From Selaginella moellendorffii (Eukaryota > Plantae > Lycopodiophyta), in contig NW_003314313.1 in NCBI RefSeq assembly GCF_000143415.4, forward strand, positions 204,418 through 268,417: a DNA stretch of 64,000 nucleotides, given 5' to 3'. Every line of letters begins with the position of its first letter. The stretch's first letter is position 1. This document shows, piece after piece, positions 36,427 to 50,907 of the stretch. Made by a program: the position numbers and the translations under genes. The notes below the pieces were generated by a model. That model was not told the origin of the DNA and ran no database searches. It worked only from the letters and a program-made list of their open reading frames with translations.

Positions 36427-36749
36427 GGCCACTTAATTCCATTCAATTCATCAACATTCACCATCAATACTGTATATAAAGAAGCTTTATATTAACTAAC
36501 TCCTGTCCTACTACACCTTAAAACATAAAAACAAACTACAATAAACTTTGTTTATTTTTTAAGTTTCCCTATGGCCCAATGGATAGCAATGGACCGATGC
36601 TAAAAATAAAGGAATCATCTCACAAGGAAATTGTGAGATGTAAGCAAATTCTCACAAAGATATGTTAGTAAATTTGAGAGGCTTTGCCAACTACCTAACA
36701 TTGGCTGGGAAAATACTAGTATATATATACATATATATATAAGCTTCAA

Positions 36750-39084
36750 ATCTATAATCAAACTGACTGAAAATGCCTTGCCTCCGCCATCGTTTGAGAG
36801 CCATGTGACATAGTAAACAATCTAATGGAGATTTAGATGCCTCTGAAACTATGATTGATTATGATACACATATTATAGCTGTTCAAAATAATCATGATAA
36901 TAATTCTATACACCAAAATATTAATCAGGCACTTATTTAAAAGGTTATCCAAAAAAAATTTAATTATAAAACTATTTTTAGTGTTGATGGATATCTAGAT
37001 TATTATAGACCTGATAATGGCTGCACATTTCTAAAAAATGGGTGCTATATTGATAATCGCTAGGTAGTACCTTATAATAAATACCTTTGTAAAAAATATA
37101 ATGTTCATATTAATATTGAAATTTATTCTACTATAAAAAGTATTAAGTATTTATTTCAATATGTCTATAAAAGTTATGATCATGCAATAATTGAAATCCA
37201 TTCAGCAACCCAACAACATGATAATATTTTAAATTGGGATGAAATCTCAACATTTTTAAATACACGTTATGTATCTGCTCCAGAGGTAATATGGAGACTT
37301 TTTAAATTTAAAATGCATGGTCATTCAACCCCTATAATCTGTCTTCCTATCCATCTTCCAAATTTTCATAACATCTATTTTATAGAAAGTTCTGAACAAA
37401 TGGCATTTCAAAGAGCCACTCAAAATGGTACAATATTAACAAAATGGTTTAAATTAAATATAAATGACCCAAATGCTAGACAATATACATATCCTAAAAT
37501 CCCTTTATATTCTACATTTAACCCTCATACTCATAATTGGCAAATTTGACATACAAGAAATGTCATTCCCCAAATGTATTTTGTGTCGCCATCTAATATT
37601 GAACTATATCATTTATGTCTTATTTTACTCCATAAAAAAGGTGCTATGTCTTTCAAAGATCTTAAGACAGTTAATAATATTTATTATGACACATTTCAAC
37701 AAGTTGCAAATGTTATGGGGTTTATAGCTAATGATATTGAATGAGAAAATTGTTTAGAAGATGCCTACTTTTTTAAAATGCCATGACAATTAAGACAATT
37801 ATTTTTATTACTTTGTATCTTTTGCACTCCAAAAGATCTTTACTTCTTATGGAATAAATTTAAAGACTTCATTTCTAAGGATTTCATATAAACAAATCTA
37901 ATTTTTCATTATGAACATGCTTTACATGATATAAATATAAAAGTGAAAATGCATGGCAAAACTAATCAAAACTACCATCTATCTTTCCCGTCTAAAAATT
38001 TTGATGATGAAAATATTGTCAACTCAACACAAATATATCAAAATGTTGAACAAAATATTCCTTAATTAAATCAAGAACAATTAAATATTTTTAATGATAT
38101 TCTTAATGTTATTGATCACCCAACAAAACAAAATCGATACATTTTCATTGATGGCTCTAGTGGTACTGGTAAAACATTTCTTCTTAACACTCTTATAAAT
38201 ATTTTACAACTAAAAAAAATAAATGTTGTTAATATGGCTTGGACTGGAATTGCAAATACTTTACTCTATAACACACAACTTTTAAACTTCTTGTTCCAAT
38301 AAATGAAACATCAACTTTTGCTATAACTGCTAATAGTGAAGCAAGTATAAGAATCAAAACTACTAACGTATTGTTATGGGATGAAATAAATATAGTTCAC
38401 ACTCATGCATTCACTGCTGTTGATCGAGTGTTGCGAGATCTAAAAAATACATCATTACCTTTTGGTGGCATAATTGTTATCACTAGCAGGGACTTTAGAC
38501 AAACACTTCCAGTCATTCCACATGGACATAGGGCACAAATTATTTGAAATTCTGTAAGAATGAATAAATTATGGAGATTATTTAGAAAATTATCTTTGAA
38601 AACAAATATGCGGCTTGCTGAAAGTGATAAATCATGGGCTGAATGGCTTCTCAAAGTCGGAAATGGTGAAAATTTTCAAAATGTACCATCTTTACCTTTT
38701 AACTCCATTTTATTACCTCATACACAATTAATTTATTCATCTATTATTGATTTTGTCTACCCTTCAGTACTTGATATTTCAAACCCTTATATTGCAGCCA
38801 ATGGAGTCATACTTACCCCACTTAATGATGACACATTTGCAATCAACAATACTATTGTTTCTAGATTACAAAGTGATATATATATCTACAAAAGCATTGA
38901 ATTTGTTGACACTAAACATCCTGAAAATTTTCTAACAGAATTCCTAAATTCTCTGATCTCCCACCACATAAACTCTCTCTCAAACAAGGTGTTATTCTTA
39001 TCCTCCTAAGAAATATGTCTCCATCAGCAGGACTATGCAATGGCACACGTCTCATCCTGAAAAATGCACTACCAAATGTTTTAG
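36750..39084 (+). mobile_element. Helitron 2, left part (more decayed RepHel), interrupted by the LTR element
   Basis: Stop-riddled homolog of 33990-36140. The frame ...PNVLE|CEIVMG resumes at 54917. Confidence 0.85.
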
Positions 39085-40111
39085 AGTAAGGAACCAACTC
39101 CTCGAAGTGTTATAGGCTAAAAGATCCCCGAAAGCATGACCGAAATGACAAAGAGTTCATCGGATGGGATCGAGTCTAAGATCGAGTCCAAGACCGACTT
39201 TAAGACCGAGTTTGAAATAGGGTCTAGGATCGAGTCCAAGGCTGACTCGGAGACCGAGTTCAAGGCCGAGTTCAAGACCGAGTTCGAGACCAAGTCCGAG
39301 ATCCGAAATCGGGTCTGAGACCTAGTCCAAAATCGAGTCTGAGCCCAAAGCGTGCATCTCCAAGGGGGGGGGGGGGGTGCAGGGGGTTCCAAAAGTATAG
39401 TAGGGATAGTGAGCTCCAAGAACCAATTTTGAAGGAACTCTCCAGTAGGGCTTTCAAACTGACTTTAGGTTGGGACTGGGACCGAGGGGCCTTGGGTGGA
39501 AGTGAGCATGGACTTGGTTGGTGCCAGAGGGGCCATCCAAGGAAGTGCTCAAGAGTAGCTCCCACTCCCGAAAGGGAAACCGACTGGGGTGCTCCCGGCT
39601 CATGTGGAGTGGTGCCCCACTTAAGTACCTTATGGCTCATTGGTCCTCGCCCTTCCTAGGGGCTTGGACCTTCCTTTCGGGATGGAAGTGGGGGGGTAGA
39701 GGTACCCATACCGGGCCGTTAGGCCACGGTGTTTTGCCCCGGCGTCCTGAAGCCGGTGTTGCACTCAAGACTTGGGATTTAAAAGGTCCCATGATCAAGT
39801 CTTGTGGTACCAAGGGATGTTAGGAATCTGGAGGCTTGGTGTGCTTGGCTGCTTGTGCCTGCAGGGAGTGTTGCCAAACCTTAAGTCCAGTCTAACCTGG
39901 GGAGGGGGATTGGGAGAGATTTGGGAATCCGTAAATGGATGGCTAACGCTTTGTTGCTCGTGCAGTGAGTAGCTGAAACCAAGTAGGACCAAGTAGGAGC
40001 TGGTACCATAGACGGGAACTTTGGCGAGGGAACTTAGCTAAAGCCAAAACGGTGTTAGATGGATAGACAAGGTAAGCTGGCAAATTGGAAAGGAAAAATT
40101 TGTGGCTTACA
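39085..40111 (+). repeat. 5' LTR with hexamer (gagtcc/gagacc-like) tandem array
   Basis: Homologous to 53798-54916 and followed by the PBS. Confidence 0.9.
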
Positions 40112-43100
40112 ATTTGGTATCGGAGCCTTTTCCTCAGTTCTAGCGAAGGATAGAGGCGGATTGCTAGGAGATGGCAAAGGTGGGGCATAAATGAACCAAG
40201 GCGGAGATGGAACCTCCGCCAGAGCTGGAGCCTTTAGTTGAACAAGAGGCTATGGATGAGGAATCCTTGCATGAGGAGGAATCCAGTGAGGAAACTTCCA
40301 AACAGGAGTTTGGTGGTGAGGTTCGGTCATCCAAGGCTCGATTGGACGTTCTAGAAGGACAATTAGCACAGACCAATGCCCTGCTGGAGACTCTCATACG
40401 CAAGCTAAAGCGTGACGAGAAGCGGAAGAAAAAGTGAAAGACTACGGATGCTGGTAGCGTAGAAGGTGCAAACCCTTCGGTAGGGACTGAGGCAGAACCA
40501 AACAAGGTCAAACAGACAGAAGTGGAATCAATCCCTCAAGCAGTTCCCAAGTACAAACTAAAGCCCCCACCGGTCTTCAAGGGAGTGAATGACTATAAGG
40601 TGGTAGAGGATTGGTTTTATGATATGGAGGACTACTTCCGAACGTTGCGGTTACTGAGCTCGGAGAAGGTCCCATATGCAAAACCATACTTGGTAGATAA
40701 TGCCAAGTCTTGGTGGAGAACGACGGAGGCCAATGAAAGACCGGTGGCCACTTGGGAAATGATGAAGGCGAGGATCCACGCAATGTACGTTCCTCTGAAT
40801 GCTACTCTGCATCTAAGGGATGAGCTGAGTAGGCTGAAGCAGACCGGAACCATTCAAGAGTATGTGAATGGGTTTATGGCAAAGAAGATACTGGTCACAG
40901 ATATGGGTGATATGGATGCGTTCCATGCCTTCATATTAGGCTTGCAAACCTGGGCTCGCGGCGAGGTAATGCGTTAGAACCCGACCAATTACAAGGAAGC
41001 GTTGGATGTGGCTATCAAGGTGCATTTCAACGATAACCTGTGAAAGGGGAACACGACAAGGTCAGGGTCCATATTTAGCAAAGGGGCCAAACCAAGGGGA
41101 ACGTATAGCAAAGGGAAATTCAAGAAGAGTTTCTCTAAGAATGAGTCTTCGGGATTCCGGAAAGGTAAATCCGATGGTCAGTGAGCAAGTACGTGGGGGA
41201 GTCCGGCAAAAAGAGACAAACCCACGGATAAGAAGGTCAAGTCAGTTAGCAGTGTGGGAAACAACATATGCTACAACTGCGGTGAAGTGGGACACTTTTC
41301 GAGGGAATGTCCCTACCCGAAGAAGGCCAGAGCCAATATGGCCATTAAGTCGGGTGAAATCCAAAATGAGGTATGTGATCCAGTCTCTAGCTCAAAGTTA
41401 CTCATTACACGAGCAACTTTGGTAGAGAGTCGTTCGCGACATCTACTAGCCCTCCGAGGGAAGTTCGAAGGTAGCTTTGTTAAGATCTTTATTGACATGG
41501 GTGCTTCGGATAATTTTGTGGCTGCAGACATAGTCCAGCAAGCCGGACTAACGGTGTAACGGCTAGGCGAACCAAGGACTATAGAGTTTGTTCAAGGTAG
41601 CCAAAGCACCGATGAGGTACTTCGACAAGCGAGTCGAAGTAGGGACATGGAAAGTAGACATGGATTTTACTGTGTTGGACATGGTGGGATTTGATGTGAT
41701 CTTTGGGATGGATTGGTTCAATCGGTTCATGGTAGCCCTGCATGGACAAGGTAGGAACCTTGTGGTACTAGCAAATGCCCAAGGAAGAAGATCCAAGGTG
41801 GAAGCCTAGGATCTAAAGGTAGGGCAATGCAAGGCCAAAGATTCCTACCTAAACCTGGTGTCTACAAGAAGACAACTCACTAAAGGGACCAAGGCAACAT
41901 TTTTGTGCTTACTCTCGGTGAAGAGTGACAAAGAGATGGGAATGGAAAAAGTACCTTTAGTGATCTAGCGGGTGTTGGACCAATTCCAGGATACCATGCC
42001 GGAGGAGCTACTGGCGGGGTTGCCCCCCCCCCCACGACCGATAGAACATAAGATTGAATTTGTCGAGGGTGCTAAGGCGGTGGTTTGTCCCTGGAGAAGG
42101 GAGAAAAAGACAAGCTCGAGGATTCAAGTTTAGGAAAGTAAACTTGAGAGGTTCAAGGTTAGGACTGTATTCCTAACCTTGACGTGAGCAGTAGCGACTA
42201 TAAAAGTAGGACTTAGAATGTTTTTAGACTTATCCCTAATACAAAATACATTGCAATACATCGTCATTCTGCCTATCTCTTGGCTCTTCACAGCAATGTC
42301 TTACTTACCCATCACCTTCAAGGGATCAAAGGCGTGGGACTAGCACCTTCAAGCTCATGTTCACAGTCTCTATTTGGCTTGGCTCAAGCAGGTAAGTGCA
42401 TTCATTTTGTAGTGTAGTTTTAGAGTTAGGGACTAGATTAGATTTGAAACTCCTAGGAAGATCTCGTGTGGACGTTTCCTCCCAGTTTAGAGATTCCAGG
42501 AGTTTTTCACTGGCGACCATGGTGGGATGAGAGAGGCGTGAAGAGCTCATGGAATAGAGCAGACCAAGACGCTCATTTCCCCCAAAACTTCAAGGAAAAC
42601 AGACCAAAGACGCACAAGAAAATGGCATAGGAAGAAAAAGCCCCAAAAATCAAGAAAAACAAGACCGTAAAACAAAAACGGTGGAAGAGCATGAAGGAAT
42701 GAAGAAAAAAATGGAGCGTAAGACCAAAAGATGAAGAACACATGAAGATTGAAGCCACCCAAGTCGTGGAAAACTTGGAGCGTACGCGTAACTGTTTTTG
42801 GCGAGAGGTTGAAGAAAGCGAATATCCAAGAATCTGCGATAAGGAAACGACCAAGGGAAAATCTAGCGGCTGGAGATGGAGGAAGAATGAAAAAGCACGA
42901 CTGCCCATTTGGAGACACAAGCTGTACAAGATACGAAGACTGCCTTTTGTGTGGTTTCAGAAATTGTGCAAAACCGTACAAGGAATGCTATCCAAAATGG
43001 CGATGTGACACTTGCAAGCAAGCAAAAGCTAGACTCCGAATCAAGGATGAGAATGCCACAGCGGGGGAGAGAAGAAAACGACACTAAAAAGAGAGACGAT

Positions 43101-43214
43101 AGTATAGAACAAGCAGCAAAACAAAGCTTTAGTTGTTTACAAAAACTTCAAGAAACGATTCTGCGACTCTTCTACAAATTGTCTAGCAAATAGAAAGGAT
43201 GCAAAAATGAGGAA

Positions 43215-44066
43215 ATGTTGAAAGAAAAATATGTTTACTTCGATTTCTTTGCAACTCGAAGAATCCTGACTTGGGTGTATCGCGGACACCTCTTTCAACA
43301 AACAATTGTCGAATTCCTAGGCATACACAAACATGAAACGTTTCAACCATTAACGCTTGCTTTCAACACTGATTTGACGAGAGTCATAGCAGCAACAGAG
43401 TGTGGTACCTTTGAACCACAAGTTCGTTGGTTTGTGGACACTCTTAGATTTAGAGATTTCGAAGAGAACGCGGAATTACTTTACCGACTTCTTCAAAGTC
43501 CTCTTCGCGTAACGCTACCAACAAGCACTCTTATCGAACTATATACTATAGCATATTGGCACCGTTTAGGACGGACGAGAATAGCTGGAGAATTAAGAAA
43601 TCAAGGACAAGACCATCAACAAAATCGAATTCGGAATTCGAGATTAAGAAACCGACAGGACCCTGAACTTGAGTCAAGTTCAAGGGAACGACTTGGAAAC
43701 TCGAGGATAACAAGTCGAAGGAGGAGAAATTTAAGACAGGATCACAATAGGCCAAGATTAAATACAGTACCAAACTTCAACTTTGACACTGAGGTCCAAC
43801 GTCGAAACCCCAGCTTAGAGCGACATATCACTCGCAACCAACAAGGAAGAGTGCGTCCAAGCAGTCTCAACATTTTAAGGAGTATTTTAGGAGATCCTGC
43901 ATCAAGGATTCAAACTTATAATGCAAGAGTATTAATTGAGACTATCCCTTGGGAAGTTCGTGAAGCGATCGACTCTGATCGTGAAAGAGAACGTGCTATA
44001 CGATTGAGGGCAGTAGAACACTACCGACAAGAACAGCATCAGGGAAATGCACCATCACGAAATTAA
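43215..44066 (+). CDS. Accessory ORF of the nested retrotransposon, upstream of gag (unknown function)
   Basis: Intact 283-aa ORF between the PBS and gag, with an Arg/Asn-rich C-terminal half. Confidence 0.5.
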   Translation: MLKEKYVYFDFFATRRILTWVYRGHLFQQTIVEFLGIHKHETFQPLTLAFNTDLTRVIAATECGTFEPQVRWFVDTLRFRDFEENAELLYRLLQSPLRVTLPTSTLIELYTIAYWHRLGRTRIAGELRNQGQDHQQNRIRNSRLRNRQDPELESSSRERLGNSRITSRRRRNLRQDHNRPRLNTVPNFNFDTEVQRRNPSLERHITRNQQGRVRPSSLNILRSILGDPASRIQTYNARVLIETIPWEVREAIDSDRERERAIRLRAVEHYRQEQHQGNAPSRN

Positions 44067-44770
44067 TCAAAGAGAAACTCGCGCTGGATAAACCCGCGCA
44101 CACATAGGCTTAAAGCAGCAAGAAATTGCTGGAAACTATATTGTGACGTGTGAACGTCATTAGAGACTAGAAACATACGAGAATTAGGACATTAAAATAC
44201 AACTACTGCTGTATTCAGCACTTTCAAATACTACCAACGACTGAGAAACACAAACACTCATAGTGAGAGCTCGCATTCCAGTACGACCAACATATTGTAA
44301 GAGACTAAAACAATTGTTCAAGAATTCAGATAGGATTGGACTCCAGAAGAGAGTTGCAATCGTTTGCATACCTGCTCGATCCCAAATTTGGAGAGCAGCA
44401 CCAAATATCACTAGCGAACAGCTACACCGATCAATTTATGACACAACCGAACTCCTTCCAACAAACAAAATCGTGCTTACTTACACTACCAAATTTTTCA
44501 AATACAAGACCTTTCCTGAGCTAGACTCATGAAAGTGACCTCGAGAAGAAACTCGGGAAGAATCGAGAAAGAAAAACTCGATTGAAGACTCAAGACACAA
44601 GAGCTTGACTTCGCATTTCTACTATAAAAACAAACTTGCAGAAGACTCAAGACATAAGAGCTTGACTTTGCAATCTATGAAGAACAACAATTGACTACGG
44701 ACAACTTAGGCAAAACATAAATTCAGGAAACTTACCTCAACAATCAAGTTGAGAAGACTTAGCAAACTGA

Positions 44771-47216
44771 ATGTACAAACACAAACCAGACCCAATCAAG
44801 ATCCGGGAAAGAGATCTTCGACAAAAGAATCGAGAAGTGAAAAAGGAAGAGATAGGAAAAGAGAAACTAGAACAACAACAGCAACAAATTTTAGAAACAA
44901 TATTAGAGAAGTACGACAAGGAGGATAAAGAAATTCAAGTTGCCGAGTCAAGCAACTCAGCCAACGATAACAAAGAACTAAATAGTGAAGACGCCCCAAA
45001 GTTTGAGGCATTTGAAGAAGCCGAATACATAGTACCAAAGTTTTACTCAAATCCAGACTCACCAGAACAACAATTTCACCAACAAAGTCTACAACTTCAA
45101 ATGGCAATCATCAACCCAGCGACAGCCATAGGGAACATGATTTCCTATCCCATTTTTACTGGTGGAAAAACCGAAGATGCAAACCAGCATCTTAAACAAT
45201 TTGATCAAATTGTAAAGATGAACAAACAGGAAATGCATCGGGAAATACTTTTCCCATACACACTTAAGGGAAAAGCACTCGATTGGCATAATACACTCGA
45301 TGATGCTTTGACCCATGATGAAAAGGTCACACAATTCAAGGAGCAATTCCAGACCGGTGGAACTCCAGAAGAACACTATGAGATCATCAAAAACTTCAAG
45401 CAAAAATCACGTGAAGGAATTCAAGATTACACTCGACGATTTAAGTTTCATGCAAAGCGCTGCAAGGATTTGATAACAGATAAAGGAAAGAGCTTATCCT
45501 ATATCCAAGGACTAAAAGAAATCTATAGAAACATGGTAGCAATTGCTGCTGCAACAGAGAATCCAGATGATGAAAGTGTTGATACACTCTCCAAAGAAAT
45601 CCTCACATTGGAAAAGAGATTCAAGCAATTCACAAAAGCTATACCTTCACAAACCGATGACGGTTCAGATGATGAAGAAGAGGAAGAAATACGCATTAAG
45701 ACAAAGAAGAAAACACCAAAAGACCAAGACTTGAAGGATATAATCAGGAAAATCTCGCAAACCGAACTCAAAGCAGGAGTGTGGTGTACAAAATGTAAAA
45801 ATGAGGGACATACATATTTGGAATGCAAGTTACAGCTTCCAAAGTGTCAAATTTGTGAAAGAGAAGGCCATATAGCCAAGAAATGCCGATACAGGAATAC
45901 AATGGAAGTTTCAAGAATCGAGAATGTTCCTCAACAAGAGCCCAATCCTCAATATCAAGGAAACTGGAATCAAAACGTGCGACCACCACGAAATCAACCT
46001 CCAAGATATAACAATTATTATCAACGTGATGATAATTTGTACAATCAAAGACAAAACTATTACCAGCGAGACAATAGCAACTACAATAGAATGCCCCCTC
46101 AAGATCAAAGACCAAACAACTATACTGGAAATTATGGAAGAAACTACAATACATATCAGCAACGTGATGGACCTCAGGACAACTATCAACGTCCTCCCCC
46201 ACGGAATTACAATTATGATCAAGAACCATATCGGAATTATAATCAAAGACCACTCCAGGCTCAAGGTTACAATTACAACCAGCAACCTGCACCGCAGCAA
46301 GATAATCGTCCCCGACAACCTTACCAAAATGCAAATCGCGAAAATAACCAAGGAGTAAACAATCAGGCTCCAAGGCCAAGACCACCAGCAGCACGAAATG
46401 TTGAGGTGGAAATTGACGACCCACAAACTTTTGAAGAACCAGCAATACGAACTATCACGAGACAACAATCCAAGTATCAGCAACCAGAAAATCTGGAAGA
46501 ACAAGATTACAATGATGAAGTTGAAGTTATCCCAGAAACCAAATGGAAGAAAAGCAAGAAAATACTTCAAGCAATTCAGGCTGAATTGCAGGAACACGAA
46601 CCACAGGTCATTCCAGACCATGACAAACCATCCAACGAACCACAAACAACAAGTTTCTCTGAAGAAGAGCACACCTCACTTGCAGAACAAATACTGCAAC
46701 ACGGAATCACATTAACCTTACAACAAATACTACAAATAGCACCATATCTTAAGAGCCAAATACTTAAGATTTGTTGTCCACAAATTCCTGATGCTCGCAC
46801 TCAAGAAAAGCAATTTCCAACTAAAATTGAGAAAGAGGATAACATAAAAATTCAACCTGGAGATTACGATGATAATGTACCTTGTATTGACCTCAACATA
46901 GGCAAGAATCAAATCAATGGAGCACTACTTGATGGAGGCTCGGGTGTGAATATAATCGAGCATGGTATATGTAAAGCAATGGGACTTGGACCCATACAAC
47001 CTGCTCCCTTCAATGTCCGCATGGCAGACCAACATGTTGTAAGACCAGCTGGCATAATAAGAGATATCACCATTGGAATCAAAGGACACAAGTTCAAGAT
47101 CAACTTCGTGGTATTAAAAATGCCAATTGAAGAATCCTCTTATGAACTCTTGCTTGGAAGACCCATGGCTAAACAAAGCCAGTTTATGCTCAATATTGGA
47201 TGGACCATGAAATTGT
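44771..47216 (+). CDS. Gag-protease of the nested element (partial)
   Basis: Retrotrans_gag region (FPYTLKGKALDW), two CX2CX4HX4C knuckles, a Q/N/Y-rich tract and the protease motif ALLDGGSGVN. Confidence 0.85.
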
Positions 47217-47315
47217 NNNNNNNNNNNNNNNNNNNNNNNNNNNNNNNNNNNNNNNNNNNNNNNNNNNNNNNNNNNNNNNNNNNNNNNNNNNNNNNNNNNN
47301 NNNNNNNNNNNNNNN
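47217..47315. other. Assembly gap (~100 N)
   Basis: Run of N. Confidence 0.99.
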
Positions 47316-49667
47316 NGTCCTGAAGCCGGTGTTGCACTCAAGACTTGGGATTTAAAAGGTCCCATGATCAAGTCTTGTGGTACCAAGGGATGTTAGGAAT
47401 CTGGAGGACTTGGTGTGCTTGGCTGCTTGTGCCTGCAGGGAGTGTTGCCAAACCTTAAGTCCAGTCTAACCCGGGGAGGGGGATTGGGAGAGATTTGGGA
47501 ATCCGTGAATGGATGGCTAACGCTTTGTTGCTCGTGCAGTGAGTAGCTGAAACCAAGTAGGACCAAGTAGGAGCTGGTACCATAGACGGGAACTTTGGCG
47601 AGGGAACTTAGCTAAAGCCAAAACGGTGTTAGATGGATAGACAAGGTAAGCTGGCAAATTGGAAAGGAAAAATTTGTGGCTTACAATTTGGTATCGGAGC
47701 CTTTTCCTCAGTTCTAGCGAAGGATAGAGGCGGATTGCTAGGAGATGGCAAAGGTGGGGCATAAATGAACCAAGGCGGAGATGGAACCTCCACCAGAGCT
47801 GGAGCCTTTAGTTGAACAAGAGGCTATGGATGAGGAATCCTTGCATGAGGAGGAATCCAGTGAGGAAACTTCCAAACAGGAGTTTGGTGGTGAGGTTCGG
47901 TCATCCAAGGCTCGATTGGACGTTCTAGAAGGACAATTAGCACAGACCAATGCCCTGCTGGAGACTCTCATACGCAAGCTAAAGCGTGACGAGAAGCGGA
48001 AGAAAAAGTGAAAGACTACGGATGCTGGCAGCGTAGAAGGTGCAAACCCTTCGGTAGGGACTGAGGCAGAACCAAACAAGGTCAAACAGACAGAAGTGGA
48101 ATCAATCCCTCAAGCAGTTCCCAAGTACAAACTAAAGCCCCCACCGGTCTTCAAGGGAGTGAATGACTATAAGGTGGTAGAGGATTGGTTTTATGATATG
48201 GAGGACTACTTCCGAACGTTGCGGTTACTGAGCTCGGAGAAGGTCCCATATGCAAAACCATACTTGGTAGATAATGCCAAGTCTTGGTGGAGAACGACGG
48301 AGGCCAATGAAAGACCGGTGGCCACTTGGGAAATGATGAAGGCGAGGATCCACGCGATGTACGTTCCTCTGAATGCTACTCTGCATCTAAGGGATGAGCT
48401 GAGTAGGCTGAAGCAGACCGGAACCATTCAAGAGTATGTGAATGGGTTTATGGCAAAGAAGATACTAGTCACAGATATGGGTGATATGGATGCGTTCCAT
48501 GCCTTCATATTAGGCTTGCAAACCTGGGCTCGCGGCGAGGTAATGCGTTAGAACCCGACCAATTACAAGGAAGCGTTGGATGTGGCTATCAAGGTGCATT
48601 TCAACGATAACCTGTGAAAGGGGAACACGACAAGGTCAGGGTCCATATTTAGCAAAGGGGCCAAACCAAGGGGAACGTATAGCAAAGGGAAATTCAAGAA
48701 GAGTTTCTCTAAGAATGAGTCTTCGGGATTCCGGAAAGGTAAATCCGATGGTCAGTGAGCAAGTACGTGGGGGAGTCCGGCAAAAAGAGACAAACCCACG
48801 GATAAGAAGGTCAAGTCAGTTAGCAGTGTGGGAAACAACATATGCTACAACTGCGGTGAAGTGGGACACTTTTCGAGGGAATGTCCCTACCCGAAGAAGG
48901 CCAGAGCCAATATGGCCATTAAGTCGGGTGAAATCCAAAATGAGGTATGTGATCCAGTCTCTAGCTCAAAGTTACTCATTACACGAGCAACTTTGGTAGA
49001 GAGTCGTTCGCGACATCTACTAGCCCTCCGAGGGAAGTTCGAAGGTAGCTTTGTTAAGATCTTTATTGACATGGGTGCTTCGGATAATTTTGTGGCTGCA
49101 GACATAGTCCAGCAAGCCGGACTAACGGTGTAACGGCTAGGCGAACCAAGGACTATAGAGTTTGTTCAAGGTAGCCAAAGCACCGATGAGGTACTTCGAC
49201 AAGCGAGTCGAAGTAGGGACATGGAAAGTAGACATGGATTTTACTGTGTTGGACATGGCGGGATTTGATGTGATCTTTGGGATGGATTGGTTCAATCGGT
49301 TCATGGTAGCCCTGCATGGACAAGGTAGGAACCTTGTGGTACTAGCAAATGCCCAAGGAAGAAGATCCAAGGTGGAAGCCTAGGATCTAAAGGTAGGGCA
49401 ATGCAAGGCCAAAGATTCCTACCTAAACCTGGTGTCTACAAGAAGACAACTCACTAAAGGGACCAAGGCAACATTTTTGTGCTTACTCTCAGTGAAGAGT
49501 GACAAAGAGATGGGAATGGAAAAAGTACCTTTAGTGATCTAGCGGGTGTTGGACCAATTCCAGGATACCATGCCGGAGGAGCTACTGGCGGGGTTGCCCC
49601 CCCCCCCCCACGACCGATAGAACATAAGATTGAATTTGTCGAGGGTGCTAAGGCGGTGGTTTGTCCC
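47316..49667 (+). repeat. Near-identical duplicate of ~39743-42091 (LTR end, PBS, gag, protease)
   Basis: Same ORFs and same disabling stops; only a handful of SNPs. Confidence 0.92.
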
Positions 49668-50907
49668 CCCTATCGTTTGAACGAAAAGGAACTCGAGGAG
49701 CTAGTGAACAAAGGGTATGTTAGGTTGAGTAAGTCACCATATAGGCGCCGATGTTATTTGTGAAAAAGAAAGATGGATTTATGCACATGTGCATAGACTA
49801 TCGGTTGCTCAACAAGTATACAAAAAAGAACAAATACCCTTTACCAAGGATTGAGGACTTGTTCGATAGGTTGGGAAAGGCAAAATACTTCTCGAGAATT
49901 GACCTAAGGTCAAGACACTACTAGATCAGGGTAGCAGAGGAAGATGTCGAGAAGACAACCTGTCGAACAAGGTATGGGAGCTTTGAGTTTCTGGTGATGC
50001 CCTTCGGACTATGCAATGAGTCAGCAACGTTTTCGGCGTTAATGAATCACATCTTTGTACCCTACCTAGATCACTTTGTGGTCGTCTATATTGACAACAT
50101 CTTTATCTATAGCGAAACGCTAAAGGAGCATGCCGAACACTTGGCGAAGGTGTTTGAGAAACTAAGGGAACACAAACTGTATGCTAAAGAGAGCAAATGT
50201 GACTTTGCTCAACAAGAGGTAAAGTTTCTCGGGCATGTGGTGAGCCAGGACGGGCTCAAGGTGGACCCGGAGAAGGTCCAAGCGATCCAGGAATGGGAGA
50301 GACCATCCAATGTGCACGAGTTAAGGGCATTCTTAGGGCTATACAACTACTACCGAAAGTTTATCAAACACTATTCGAGAGTAACCCTGCCCTTAACAGA
50401 TCAAACGGGAAAAAGGAAGATGGTATGGATAGTGGAATGCGAGGCGGCATTTGTCCACCTTAAAGGGAAGTTGAGGAAAGCTCCTGTGTTGGCGTTACCA
50501 GATTTTGGTAAGGACTTTGAGGTAGAAATAGATGCTTCGGACTTTGCGTTGGGCACAGTGTTGAAGCAAGACAACCATCCAGTAGCGTTCTTCTCGAAAA
50601 AGTTGGACAAAGCTCAGCGGAAGTGGCTTGCCCACGAGAAGGAATTGTTTGCGGTGGTCAAGGCGCTCAAGGAGTGGAGACACTACCTTGGGAGACACTT
50701 CAAGGTTTATACGGACAATGTGGCAACGAAACACTTTTTGTCACAACCCGACCTGATGGGGAAATAGGGTCAGTAGGCCAATGCTCTGGCCGAGTTTGAT
50801 TGCGAGATTTTGTACAAGCCTGGGAAGAGCAACATCGTGGCGGATGCTCTAAGTCGAAAAGCGAGACTGAAGTTGGCGATATCTAGTGCGATGGCAACCT
50901 TTTGGGA

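Larger units (their letters stand above)
30244..36719 (+). mobile_element. Helitron 1 (degenerate autonomous-type) with captured GC-rich 5' sequence
   Basis: 5' A|TCTATAATAATAAG, with a second 5'-like TCTATTACTATAAG near 31046. 3' gccaa...ttggc hairpin, then CTAG|T at 36716-36719. RepHel coding remnants inside. Confidence 0.8.
42092..47216 (+). mobile_element. Nested, unrelated Ty3/gypsy-type element (LTR 42092-42509, PBS tggcgaccatggtggga), cut off by the gap
   Basis: Inserted at ggtttgtccc in the host pol, which is uninterrupted at ~49660. TG...CA LTR, PBS, and a gag-protease ORF downstream. Confidence 0.8.

Noticed and set aside
45768-46672. Long hydrophobic antisense ORFs within gag
   Set aside because: They are shadow frames of the Q/N-rich sense strand.
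47316-49667. Apparent tandem three-LTR retrotransposon
   Set aside because: The duplicate begins at a ~100-N gap and is almost identical to ~39743-42091 but lacks the nested insertion. It is most simply two haplotypes or copies joined in scaffolding.
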